DNA of 34,733 nt from a virus (Duplodnaviria > Caudoviricetes). The position numbers were made by a program, and so were the translations under genes. The stretch's first letter is position 1; each line of letters opens with the position of its first letter. The stretch is from positions 1-34,733 of the IMG/VR virus record IMGVR_UViG_3300037657_000197; one strand, 5' to 3'. The notes below the pieces were generated by a model that was not told the origin of the DNA, did no database searches, and worked only from the letters and a program-made list of their open reading frames with translations. Of this stretch, positions 1-10,599 are shown piece by piece.

Positions 1-839
1 GGACGGGATTGGCTACCCGCTGGGTTCCGATGAAAGGTTTCGCTTCTACATCGCTTCCTGCTTTCCCAGGCTTCTCCTGGCGCACAGGAATCCAGTCGTT
101 GCTGCCGGACCGACCCTACCAGCGACGCCGTTGCCGTCGCTGCTGACGAACCCGAAGCGTAACCGAAGATGCCGAAGGCGGGGAGGGCAAGACAACAGCT
201 TCGGCTGCGCCGGCGACCGGACAACCAAAACATACCGGTCGCTCAGAAGGCCAACGGCATTGGTAACAGCAAAGACCGGAGGGGGTGGGCCTGTACCTGG
301 GGCGGCGCGGGTCGCGAACTAACAGCACGCGAACCGCTGTGCCCCAGGCTATATTCTGTCACCCCGTTGGGGTGGAGTTGCCGACGGCAATGGGTAGCAG
401 CAACTACTACGGCGACGAGAACGGAGGGGCTCTGCTGTGGGGCCGCAGGGAACTATGGTGACACGGCACCGGGCCGCGATCGATATTCTACTCGGGCAGC
501 CTATCAGCTATGTCCCCATCCCCTGACACATGGAAGGGCCACCTGCCCACGCTATCGTACTCAGAACCGAGACGGCGAAGAGATACAATCCGCGTTTCCT
601 TGGCAAACACTTGCGCGATGGACTCGAAGTCTGTTACCATAGCATGCTGAATCCGCGGAGGGGTGGTTGGAACCGAAGACATCTTCTTCATAGATAGTGC
701 ACGCAAACACGTGCCGTGGCACGCGAGTGTACTCGCGCCGCGTCACAGATTGCCGCCGAGCCCTGTCGAGATGCAGCATCTGTCTAGTTGCGTTGCCTGT
801 TTCTCTCACGTCGGCTCATTGTATATTAGGGAGTAACGG

Positions 840-1991
840 TTAATCCAACCACTGCTTCTTATCCTTCAGCTTCATCGGCAGGTACTCTTCCGTCAGGTAC
901 GTCATGTGCTTGCTGATCATGGCTTCGACTTCCATCTTGAAGCCGTTGTGCAGCATCTTCTGCACCTCGCGCAGCCAGGGCTTCTTGTCCTTGAACCAGG
1001 GGTACTTCATGATCTGCTTGGCGCGGCTGATGTCGTTCTTGTCCAGGGCGATCTGCACGTCGTCCTTCAGGCCGCACCGCTCGTAGTCGTAGCTCGACAC
1101 GCCCAGGAACTTCGCGTCGGGCACGGCCATCCGCTGGCTCTCGTAGGCCAGGCTGATCGAGCCCTGCTTGACTACAGAATAAATGTAATACCCCCACGGG
1201 TCGTTATCGAGCAGGCAGTAGATCGGAAGCTTCAGCTCGTGGTGGAAGCGGTTCAGCAGCCGCCGCACGCCGCGCGGGGGTTGGCCGCCGCCGTGGATCA
1301 GGATGCACTTGTACTTGACCGCGAACTTGTCCTCCACGAACCGCCGCCAGACGGTGTCCTTTTCGACGTGGAGCACGAACTTCGCATCGCACTTCTTGAA
1401 CTGGATCACGTCCGGCTCGACGATCGACGGGATGCTGTAGCCGCCTGAGCCCAGCCGATTCGCGTCGATCGTGTCCCCGCTGTCGACGAACACCAGCGGG
1501 CCGACCATCGCGCCGCGGTTGCTCGCGTAGATGTGCAGCTCCTCCCGCAGGCTGTCCAGCGCAACCTCCAGGTCCTCGATGATGGGGTCGCTCTCGCTCT
1601 GGTCGCCGAACGTCTTCTCGCTCGTGCCGGCGATCGTGTGCTTGCTCGCATAGTACGCCTGACGAATGCTGGCTGTCTTGCCCTGCCCCGTCAGATCATT
1701 GCAGAATTTCGCGATCAGCATGCTCTGCATGAACTTCTTGGCCTGGCCCAGGTTGAAGAAGTTCCGCTTCTGCTTGGCATCGCCCATCTCGATGATGCGC
1801 CGCTTCGGGTCGAACGAAACGTTCGTCAGCGACCGGATCGGGATCTCCAGGTAGGGATCGGTCCCGCTGTGCGCGTACTTCACCATCTGCTCGGCCATCT
1901 TGAGGATCTTGCCCGAGGCGTCCTTGCCCTGCTTGCCCGCCTTGGGTTTGGCCGCCGCCGTATGCGAATGTTTCTCTTGCTTCTTTGCCAT
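840..1991 (-). CDS. top6A: DNA topoisomerase VI subunit A (Spo11-like)
   Basis: Motifs SIRQAYYASK (catalytic Tyr region), QSESDPIIEDLE, VLHVEKDTVW, GGGQPPRG and LLDNDPWG (TOPRIM DxD). Start placed at MAKKQEK (ATG 1991) rather than the ORF-track 2093, which overlaps the upstream gene. Confidence 0.95.
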   Translation of the reverse strand: MAKKQEKHSHTAAAKPKAGKQGKDASGKILKMAEQMVKYAHSGTDPYLEIPIRSLTNVSFDPKRRIIEMGDAKQKRNFFNLGQAKKFMQSMLIAKFCNDLTGQGKTASIRQAYYASKHTIAGTSEKTFGDQSESDPIIEDLEVALDSLREELHIYASNRGAMVGPLVFVDSGDTIDANRLGSGGYSIPSIVEPDVIQFKKCDAKFVLHVEKDTVWRRFVEDKFAVKYKCILIHGGGQPPRGVRRLLNRFHHELKLPIYCLLDNDPWGYYIYSVVKQGSISLAYESQRMAVPDAKFLGVSSYDYERCGLKDDVQIALDKNDISRAKQIMKYPWFKDKKPWLREVQKMLHNGFKMEVEAMISKHMTYLTEEYLPMKLKDKKQWLD

Positions 1992-2013
1992 GCGTCTATG
2001 GGTTCCTGAAAAG

Positions 2014-2430
2014 CTACTGCTCCGCCACGGATTGGCACGGATCAAACGCGGATAGATCCGTGAAAACGAATCGTTTGTGCTCGACCTTGGCAACTCCGAA
2101 GTTGATCAGCAACCCGACCTCCATGCCTGTTGCCTTGAGTTCGTTCAACAGCTGCGCCTGATCGTTCGGGTTGTACTCCTTGGCCACCTTCAGTTCCACA
2201 AGCACCTTCTGTTCCACAAGCAGATCCGCCGCGTAGTCGCCGACGACAGAGCCTTTGTACTTCACGCAGATCCGGTGCTCGGTCTCGGCCTGCAGCCCCC
2301 GCCCTTGAAGTTCCACCTGTAGCGCCCGCTGATAGACCTTCTCCAGGAAGCCATAGCCCAGCACCTTGTGGACCTCAAACGCTAATCCGATGATCTCCTT
2401 CGTGATGGCTCCGTGCTTGAGGTGGATCAT
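2014..2430 (-). CDS. GxxExxY protein (PD-(D/E)XK nuclease family)
   Basis: 138 aa with the signature GFLEKVY plus ADLLVE..VLVELK, AQLLNELKATG and GLLINFG. Confidence 0.93.
   Translation of the reverse strand: MIHLKHGAITKEIIGLAFEVHKVLGYGFLEKVYQRALQVELQGRGLQAETEHRICVKYKGSVVGDYAADLLVEQKVLVELKVAKEYNPNDQAQLLNELKATGMEVGLLINFGVAKVEHKRFVFTDLSAFDPCQSVAEQ
2024..2055. repeat. Left arm of imperfect inverted repeat framing the GxxExxY gene
   Basis: GCCACGGATTGGCACGGATCAAACGCGGATAG matches the reverse complement of 2464-2494 at about 26 of 32 positions. It is built of CACGGAT-like units about 10 bp apart. Confidence 0.8.
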
Positions 2431-2463
2431 GGCTCCGCATCCGTTCCTATCGTCGTTGTCGTT

Positions 2464-2494
2464 CTATCAGCGTTTTTCCGTGTTCATCCGTGGC
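2464..2494. repeat. Right arm of imperfect inverted repeat framing the GxxExxY gene
   Basis: CTATCAGCGTTTTTCCGTGTTCATCCGTGGC; reverse complement is GCCACGGATGAACACGGAAAAACGCTGATAG. Confidence 0.8.
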
Positions 2495-2526
2495 CGCCGT
2501 TGTTGTGGTTATCGCCGTTTGTCGTT

Positions 2527-4584
2527 CTAGCTCGCCTTGCGCTTCGGCCCGCCCTTGCCTTTATCGCCTCCCGCAGCTGCCTCCGCGAGGTCCAGCAGGT
2601 CGGGATCTTCCGCCGCGGGGATCTCCGCCTGGTTCTGCGCCACCACGATCGTCGTGTCGTCGATGATACCGTTCTCCGTCGGCTCCGCGGACACTTCCTC
2701 CGGCGCGATCGGACGGCCCTCGTCATCCAGCTGCACGTCGGCCATCTGCGTGTGGCTCTGCGCGATCTTCAGCAGGTCGTCCCGGAACGACTCCTTGTTG
2801 ATCTCCCGGATGCTGCCGACCGCCTCCACCACCTCGTGGATGTACCGGATGAACACGCTGCGACGCTGGCCCTCGCGCTGCTGCTTCTTGCGCTTGCGAA
2901 GGTAGCCCGAGAGCTTCCGCCCGCACTCCTGCAGGCACAGCCGGATCTCCTTGGCGATCTCGTCGTAATCCGCGATCGCCTCCTTCGATTCGCTGGTAAA
3001 TGGCACCCACACGCTGGCCATGTGGACCATCACCATCAGCGGACCCACCGGCAGCGCGCCGTTCGGCTGCGGCATCTCGTAGTTGCGCCAGTTCGTGTCG
3101 GCCACCGCCTTGAAGATCGAGCACGCGCTCTGCTGATAGAGCAGCGGCACGCGGTTGGCGAACCGCAGCACCTTCGCGCTATCTTCCCCCGACAGCTGCC
3201 CGCCGTACGCCAACCCCACCTCGATCAGGAACGGGTTGCCGCGATAGACCGTCGGCTCGCGCGTGATGGCTGTGTAGAATTCCGCCTTCACGCCCTGCAG
3301 GAGACCTGCCAGGATCTGCTTGGCGCCGATCGGGGCCACGCAGTCGGTCGGCGGATTCTTGATCTTGGTCTGCTGCATGCCCTTGTAAAGAGCCTCGGCC
3401 TGCGGCAGCGAGAGCCCCTGCGGCTTCTCCGACTCGCTGAGCTTGGCGTGCTTGCAGACCTCCTTGGCGACCGCCGGGCTCACACGGCTGAAGTTCTCCT
3501 GCAGGAACGAGCTCAGTCGCTTCTCCGGCGTTTCCTTCAGGAGTTTAAGGAGGAACCCCAAGTCGATGCCGTACGGGTGCGGCTTGATCTCCTGCGGCAG
3601 CGGCGGCAACTTCTCCACCGCCCGCTCGTAGGTGAACGTCTCGCCCACCGGGTTCTTGTAGACGAACCGCGCGTGCGGGTTGGCGATGGCTGTCTGCAGC
3701 ATGTATTCGTCGACGCTCTGGCGGCCCTTGTTGTACGAGCCGGTCATTTCGATCTCGACTCGCGTGCCGTGGGGCCAGTCAACGTCGATCTGCACATTCT
3801 TGATGATGTCGGGGCGGTTCTTGGCGGTGTCGATCCGCAGCTCCACTTCGTAGCCGGGCTGGCTCTCCCCCGTCCGCGAGACGATCCGCACCGGCTTGCC
3901 GGTCGTCAGCAGGCCGTACATGCCCGCTGCGCTGATGCCGATCCCCTGTTGGCCGCGGCTCATCTTGAGCCGGTGGAACTTCGACCCGTACAGCAGCTTG
4001 CCGAAGACGTTTGGGATCTGCTTGATGACGATGCCCGGCCCGTTGTCCTGCACGCAGACGCGGAAGCGCTCTTCGGAAACCTCGATGAGTTGCACTTCGA
4101 TGTCCGGCAGGATGCCCGCCTCCTCGCACGCGTCGAGGCTGTTGTCGACCGCTTCCTTGACGCTCGTCAGCAGCGCCTTGCGCTTGTTGTCAAAGCCGAG
4201 CAGGTGGCGGTTCTTCGCGAAGAACTCGCTGATCGAGATCTCTCGCTGCTTGGTCGCCATGCTCATCGCCATCGCGTGATCGACGACCGCCTTGCGCCGG
4301 GTTGGCTTGGCCTCGCTCAAGCTGTTGCCATTGGCGCCCACTACGCCTGCCGTGGTCTGCGCGGGGCTCGCGCTGGCCTTCCCCAACCCACGCTCTGCAG
4401 CGCCGCCGGGAGAAGGCGCAAGGCCCAGCAGATTCGGCTCCTCTACCTCCAGAACCTGTTTGCCCCGAGGTTTTGCGGCTGCTTTTGCCTTGCCACTGCC
4501 CTTGTCGGCGTCCTGGGTTTCATCCGCTTCCGGCATATCCAGCGTTAACTGGTCGCTTTTTATCTGATTCATGCGTTTCGCCAT
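2527..4584 (-). CDS. top6B: DNA topoisomerase VI subunit B (GHKL ATPase)
   Basis: EFFAKNRHLLGF, KEAVDNSLDACEE, QDNGPGI, GSKFHRLKMSRGQQGIGIS, RFANRVPLLY and VPFTSESKEAI; long low-complexity N- and C-terminal extensions. Confidence 0.96.
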   Translation of the reverse strand: MAKRMNQIKSDQLTLDMPEADETQDADKGSGKAKAAAKPRGKQVLEVEEPNLLGLAPSPGGAAERGLGKASASPAQTTAGVVGANGNSLSEAKPTRRKAVVDHAMAMSMATKQREISISEFFAKNRHLLGFDNKRKALLTSVKEAVDNSLDACEEAGILPDIEVQLIEVSEERFRVCVQDNGPGIVIKQIPNVFGKLLYGSKFHRLKMSRGQQGIGISAAGMYGLLTTGKPVRIVSRTGESQPGYEVELRIDTAKNRPDIIKNVQIDVDWPHGTRVEIEMTGSYNKGRQSVDEYMLQTAIANPHARFVYKNPVGETFTYERAVEKLPPLPQEIKPHPYGIDLGFLLKLLKETPEKRLSSFLQENFSRVSPAVAKEVCKHAKLSESEKPQGLSLPQAEALYKGMQQTKIKNPPTDCVAPIGAKQILAGLLQGVKAEFYTAITREPTVYRGNPFLIEVGLAYGGQLSGEDSAKVLRFANRVPLLYQQSACSIFKAVADTNWRNYEMPQPNGALPVGPLMVMVHMASVWVPFTSESKEAIADYDEIAKEIRLCLQECGRKLSGYLRKRKKQQREGQRRSVFIRYIHEVVEAVGSIREINKESFRDDLLKIAQSHTQMADVQLDDEGRPIAPEEVSAEPTENGIIDDTTIVVAQNQAEIPAAEDPDLLDLAEAAAGGDKGKGGPKRKAS

Positions 4585-4851
4585 AGCAAACCTGACTCTG
4601 CAGCTCCTTACGTCTTACGGCACGCCCGGTAAATGTATTGTCGCCAAACCTGTTATCAAAACTTCACCCGGGGCAACCGATGGGGATTGTGCGTCTTATA
4701 ACCTCCAGAGGCAGGTCGGCACAACAGGCGCCACACCTTCCGGCCTGTCCCTATTATACACACATTCGCCCCAAATGGTAGCCTTTTGTTAGGGTTAGAC
4801 CTGTAGACTGCCGTATGCCGAAGCGCTTGCGACCAAGTGGCTTGAGCAACC

Positions 4852-4891
4852 AAAAAAGCGGCACCCGGCGAAGTGAGCCTCGCCGGGTGCC
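4852..4891 (-). terminator. Rho-independent terminator after transketolase
   Basis: 12-bp stem GGCACCCGGCGA (4860-4871) / TCGCCGGGTGCC (4880-4891), followed by T6 on the minus strand (A-tract 4852-4857). Confidence 0.75.
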
Positions 4892-4926
4892 CATACACTG
4901 CTTAATTTGATAGCCCTATCGGAAAC

Positions 4927-6912
4927 TTACCCGACCAGGGTCTTGATCTTCGCAGCCACGTCCTCGGGCGACAGGCCCACGTACTTCATCACGTCGTCCG
5001 GGGTACCGCTCTTGGGGATCCGGCGGACCGTCATACCGACCACGCGGGTATCCCCCTGCTCCGCCGCGGCTTCGGCCACCGCCGACCAGAGCCCGCCCAC
5101 GTAATTGTCCTCGACCGTCAGGATCAGGCCACTGGTCTTCTTTGCCGCGGCCAGCAGCGGCGCTGTATCCATCGGGAAGCAGTAGGCGTCCACCAGCGTG
5201 CACTTGATGCCGTCCTTGGCCAGCATATCCAGGGCCTTCTTGACCACATGGACCATGTAGCCATTCGCAACGACCGTCAGGGCATCGCCCTCGATCAGCA
5301 CCTTGCTGCCGCCAACCTCGAACGTCTCGGTCGGCTTGTAGAGCAGCGCGGTGTCCGGCCGGAAGGTCCGCATGTACGCCATGCCGTCCAAGTTGGCCAT
5401 CAGCTGCGTGCAGTGATAGGCGCCCACCGCATCCGACGGCTGGAAGAACACGCACGCCGGCTGGCCGTAGCCATTGTCCGTAAGCGTGAAGGACCGGAAG
5501 AACGGCACGTCCACCAGGCCCATCTGGCTCGGCCCGTCCGCCCCAAGCGAGACGCCCGCGTGCGAACCGACGATCTTGATGTTGGCCCGGCTGATGCTCG
5601 CCATCTCGACCTGGTCGTAGGCGCGACTGATGAACTTCGCGAACGAGCTGGCGAACGGGATGTACCCGGCGGCGGCCAGGCCGGCCGCGGCGGAGATCAT
5701 GTTCTGCTCAGCGATCTTGCACTCGAAGAAGCGCTTCGGGAACTTCTTGGCGAAGAACTCCGCGAAGGTCGAGTTGCTGACATCGCCGTCGAGGGCAACG
5801 ATCCGCTCGTCCGCCTGGCCCAGCGCCGCCAGGGCCGCGCCGTACGCCCGCCGCGTCGCCAGCTTCCCCTTGGCAAGGGCACCCGACAGCCCGACGAAGT
5901 CCATGCCCTGCTCGAACGGCATGACCTTGACGGCCCCACTGGGCAGCGGCTTCGCCTGACTCGCCGGGGCTGATGGGGCGATCGCAATCTTCGGTTCAGC
6001 CGGGATCTTCTGCCTAGCGAGCACACCGTCGAGGTCGGCTTCGGCGGCCGCCAGCTTGTCAGCTGTCAGCGGCTTGCCGTGGTTGCTGCGGTCCTTCAGG
6101 GCCGCGACGCCCCAGCCCTTTTCCGTGCGGGCAACGATGGCCATCGGGCTGCTCGCGCCAGCCGCACAGGCAAGCGCACGCAGGACCGCCTCCGGATCGT
6201 TGCCGTTGATCACCTCGATGCCGAAGCCGTACGCAGCCAGCTTCGCCGCCAGCACGTCCGCCGACTGCTGCTTGCTGACGTAGTCGGCCTGACCCTGGCC
6301 GTTGCAGTTGAAGATCGGGATGACGTTGGTGAGTTTGTTGTCGATCAGGAAGTCAGCGGCCTCCCAGATCTGCCCCTCGCGACTCTCGCCGTCGCCGATG
6401 ACGCAGTAGATCCGCTTGTCGATCCCGCGGGCGCAGGCGCCGAGGCCCAGGCCGGCGGCGACGCTCAACCCCTGGCCAAGCGACCCGGTGGCGGCGTCGA
6501 AGAACGGCATGCCCTCGGCCGGGTTCGGATGGCCATCCAGCATGCTATCGATCTCGCGGAGAGTCGGCAGGTCGGCTGGGGTGAGTTTGCGGGCGTCCTT
6601 CTTGCTCTTGCCAGCTACGGCACCCATCTCGCACAGGGCGGCGTAGACAACCGGAACGGCGTGGCCTTCGGAGAGGACCAGCCGGTCGTTGTTGGGGTTC
6701 CAGGGATCCTGCGGGTCCCAGCGCATCTGCTTGTACATCAGACACACGACCAGGTGAGCCAGCGCCAGCCCGCTGGACGGGTGGCCGGACTCCGCCTTGG
6801 TTGTGCTCTCGAGGGTGTACTTGCCTAGCTTGACAGCCTTGGCCTCGATGGCCTGAACAAGGGCCGAAATGCCCGCCGTGGACTCCGATGTCGAGTTACC
6901 AGTCTGCGCCAT
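4927..6912 (-). CDS. tkt: Transketolase (single-chain)
   Basis: SGHPSS, DRLVLSEGHA, GHP, ATGSLGQG, ThDP motif GDGESREG..N, IAEQNM and GADGPSQM. ATG 6912 has a GAGGAAG RBS; alternative start 6927. Confidence 0.95.
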   Translation of the reverse strand: MAQTGNSTSESTAGISALVQAIEAKAVKLGKYTLESTTKAESGHPSSGLALAHLVVCLMYKQMRWDPQDPWNPNNDRLVLSEGHAVPVVYAALCEMGAVAGKSKKDARKLTPADLPTLREIDSMLDGHPNPAEGMPFFDAATGSLGQGLSVAAGLGLGACARGIDKRIYCVIGDGESREGQIWEAADFLIDNKLTNVIPIFNCNGQGQADYVSKQQSADVLAAKLAAYGFGIEVINGNDPEAVLRALACAAGASSPMAIVARTEKGWGVAALKDRSNHGKPLTADKLAAAEADLDGVLARQKIPAEPKIAIAPSAPASQAKPLPSGAVKVMPFEQGMDFVGLSGALAKGKLATRRAYGAALAALGQADERIVALDGDVSNSTFAEFFAKKFPKRFFECKIAEQNMISAAAGLAAAGYIPFASSFAKFISRAYDQVEMASISRANIKIVGSHAGVSLGADGPSQMGLVDVPFFRSFTLTDNGYGQPACVFFQPSDAVGAYHCTQLMANLDGMAYMRTFRPDTALLYKPTETFEVGGSKVLIEGDALTVVANGYMVHVVKKALDMLAKDGIKCTLVDAYCFPMDTAPLLAAAKKTSGLILTVEDNYVGGLWSAVAEAAAEQGDTRVVGMTVRRIPKSGTPDDVMKYVGLSPEDVAAKIKTLVG

Positions 6913-7173
6913 TGTGCTCTTCCTCATGTCAGCAATGAAAATGGAGGTTTTATCAGCCGGTCACCTTGGCCATCCTTGTCGACCCAGATAGTCCACAACA
7001 GTGCCAAGACGGATTCGCGGTACAGTAATTCCTTTAGGGCCGAATGACAAGGGCACTGGTAAAGCACACCTTGACAGCCCAAGTCGGTTGCATAGAACAG
7101 GATATGTCGGGAGTTGCGTGTTTCAAATCCGGTACGATCGGCTGCCATATGGCACGGATTCGATGCTATTTGG

Positions 7174-7202
7174 CTGTCAACTGGCAAAGGGGCGGGTATA
7201 AT
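7174..7202 (+). promoter_or_regulatory. Putative sigma-70 promoter for the nifU-like gene
   Basis: CTGTCA (7174-7179), 17-nt spacer, perfect TATAAT (7197-7202). Confidence 0.45.
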
Positions 7203-7265
7203 CGGCGGAAGCAGGAACTGAAACGCGTGTTGTGATTCCCCTAAGCAAATGGAGGTAATGGCATT

Positions 7266-7517
7266 ATGCCTGACGGACAGGACATTGCGGCGGAGATTCG
7301 GCCGCAGGTGCAGGAAGTGATCGACGAGATTCGCGGGCTGATCCAGAACGATGGGGGCGACATCGAGTTGGTCGATATCGACGGCGAAGGCAACGTATTC
7401 GTGCGGCTGCATGGCGCCTGCGTAGGCTGTCCACGGTCACAGATGACCCTGTCGCTGGGAGTCGAGCGGAGACTGAAGCAGAAGGTGCCAGCCGTTAAGT
7501 CAGTTGCAGCGGTGTAA
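7266..7517 (+). CDS. NifU C-terminal domain (Nfu-type Fe-S scaffold) protein
   Basis: IRGLIQNDGGDIELV..VRLHGACVGCP (CxxC); GGAGG upstream. Confidence 0.92.
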   Translation: MPDGQDIAAEIRPQVQEVIDEIRGLIQNDGGDIELVDIDGEGNVFVRLHGACVGCPRSQMTLSLGVERRLKQKVPAVKSVAAV

Positions 7518-7612
7518 ACAGCCGATAACACTCCGCGGCACAAGCCAGCGTCTGATAAATGCTGGACGCCGAGGGAGCTGGCAAGTTCCATGGGCATGCC
7601 TCGTTTGAAGTC

Positions 7613-7640
7613 TTGCGTCTTTCGAGCAAAAGGCCATAAT
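7613..7640 (+). promoter_or_regulatory. Putative promoter of tRNA-Pro
   Basis: TTGCGT (7613-7618), 16-nt spacer, CATAAT (7635-7640), about 20 nt upstream of the tRNA. Confidence 0.4.
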
Positions 7641-7661
7641 AGGCTTTCTGAAGCGAGGTAA

Positions 7662-9223
<1,562 letters not shown>

Positions 9224-9224
<1 letters not shown>

Positions 9225-9466
9225 TATCGCTTCCTCTTGACTTGGACTAACACTTCTGCGAGGTCCCTCACATTGACCAGGATCTCGACCGCCTCGGCGT
9301 CGGTCAGCTCTCGCCCGTAATACGGCGACCACACCTGGCGCGTGTCCGCGATCGCCTCGTCGGTGATCCAGGCCGTTCCCGGCGAACGAGGCAGAACCGC
9401 ACTGGACGGTGGACACCCTTGCTCAAGTCGCGGCCTGAATCCAGTCCCTGCGGATGGCTTTTTCAT
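9224..9466 (-). CDS. Small hypothetical protein coupled to the integrase
   Basis: About 80 aa, WITDEAIADTRQVWSPYYGRELTDAEAVEIL. ATGA overlap with the sigma gene and TAATG overlap with the integrase indicate translational coupling. Alternative start 9472. Confidence 0.7.
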
Positions 9467-9993
9467 GCGCATTCCCCCGCTGTCCCGCCCTCTTCCGGAT
9501 AGACCCACTCCCGCAGCCCGGCCGCTTCGAACCGGCGGCGAATACGGCCGATGGCCCGGTCGATTGTGTCGCGACCCCGGCCCAGTTGTCGGGCAATGGC
9601 CTTGATGGAGAGTCCTTCTGCCAGTGCGGTGCAGATCTCGCGGTCCCGGGCCGACAGGCCTTCCATCGCCTTGGCGACATCCATTTGCAGGTCCAGGTTG
9701 TCCGGCATGACCAGCTGCTCATGCGTCGCGGCAAGACATGCCACATGCTTCTGGTAGCGGGTCTTGGACCGCAGGTACGACCTGATCTGCCGGTCGATCA
9801 GGCCGGTGATCGCTGTGGTCAACGATGCGCCGGCGGGATGAGCTTCGTCGAATACGAAGTCCAGCAGTTGCAGGACGATCTGCTGCTGCAAGTCTTCCAG
9901 CTCGTCACGGCACAGCCGCAGACGTCGGGCGCGGCTGGTAATGAGGCGGGTGATGACGGTTTCGACGATCCCAGTGTAGTGGTTGCTGAACAT
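9463..9993 (-). CDS. ECF-like sigma-70 family protein
   Basis: Region-2-like EDLQQQIVLQLL..FDE..ASLTTAITGLIDR and region-4 HTH LSARDREICTALAEGLSIKAIARQLG. Confidence 0.8.
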   Translation of the reverse strand: MFSNHYTGIVETVITRLITSRARRLRLCRDELEDLQQQIVLQLLDFVFDEAHPAGASLTTAITGLIDRQIRSYLRSKTRYQKHVACLAATHEQLVMPDNLDLQMDVAKAMEGLSARDREICTALAEGLSIKAIARQLGRGRDTIDRAIGRIRRRFEAAGLREWVYPEEGGTAGECA

Positions 9994-10111
9994 GGCCGGA
10001 CCTTTCGTGTTGGGCCTTTCTTTGATGCCGGGACGCTCCCGGCTGCGGTGCGGGCCATGCTCGCCAGAATGCTGGGTCAGATATGTAGTCCGTGCGCTGC
10101 GCTGGGAAACT

Positions 10112-10196
10112 CATATGCGGCGCATATGCGCCACATTACAGGCTCACGGGCGCATCGCTCAGCACATATGTGGCGCATATGTGTTTGCAGGCTCAC
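10112..10196. promoter_or_regulatory. Tandem palindromic operator-like sites in the divergent control region
   Basis: CATATGCG-G-CGCATATG (10112-10128) and CACATATG-TGGCG-CATATGTG (10163-10183), each followed by CAGGCTCAC (10139-10147, 10188-10196). Confidence 0.65.
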
Positions 10197-10275
10197 ATCC
10201 GTTTGACCCAGCAAATTCCCTCCCCAGCGGCAAATAACAGGGTGTACGCGGCATCGACCGGCAGCGTCGCCGGCG

Positions 10276-10599
10276 ATGGGCGATCTGGGAGATTGCCAAT
10301 GCCATTCCTTTGCCCAGGAACCGGACGTGTCGGATTGCTACGAGTCGGATGAGTCAGTCCGCCGCAGCGGCCGGGCCATCAGTCAGCGAAGACGCTGTCT
10401 GCTGGAGGTATGGAAGGCCCCTGGCATCACGGCTGCGGAAGTTGCCGTGGCTGCTGGCTTGAAGCGTCACGTGCCTTCGCGGCGGCTGCCAGAGCTGCGC
10501 AAGGCGGGGCAGGTCCGGAATGGCGCAGAACGGCTTTGCAGGATCACCGGCAACCCGAGTCTCACATGGTTGCCCAGTACGGAGTGCAACGGATGGTAA
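10276..10599 (+). CDS. Winged helix-turn-helix protein (first gene of the early operon)
   Basis: PGITAAEVAVAAGLKRHVPSRRLPELRKAGQV..RLCRITG..LTW; overlaps the next start. Start position uncertain. Confidence 0.65.
   Translation: MGDLGDCQCHSFAQEPDVSDCYESDESVRRSGRAISQRRRCLLEVWKAPGITAAEVAVAAGLKRHVPSRRLPELRKAGQVRNGAERLCRITGNPSLTWLPSTECNGW

Noticed and set aside
1-839. Several short ORFs on both strands and frames open to the window edge
   Set aside because: No recognisable motifs, codon bias or RBS; left unannotated.
1992-2093. N-terminal extension of top6A given by the ORF track
   Set aside because: It overlaps the GxxExxY gene and the repeat arm; MAKKQEK at 1991 is the more plausible start.
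2413-4548. 711-aa plus-strand ORF
   Set aside because: Antisense shadow of top6B caused by GC3 bias; no motifs.
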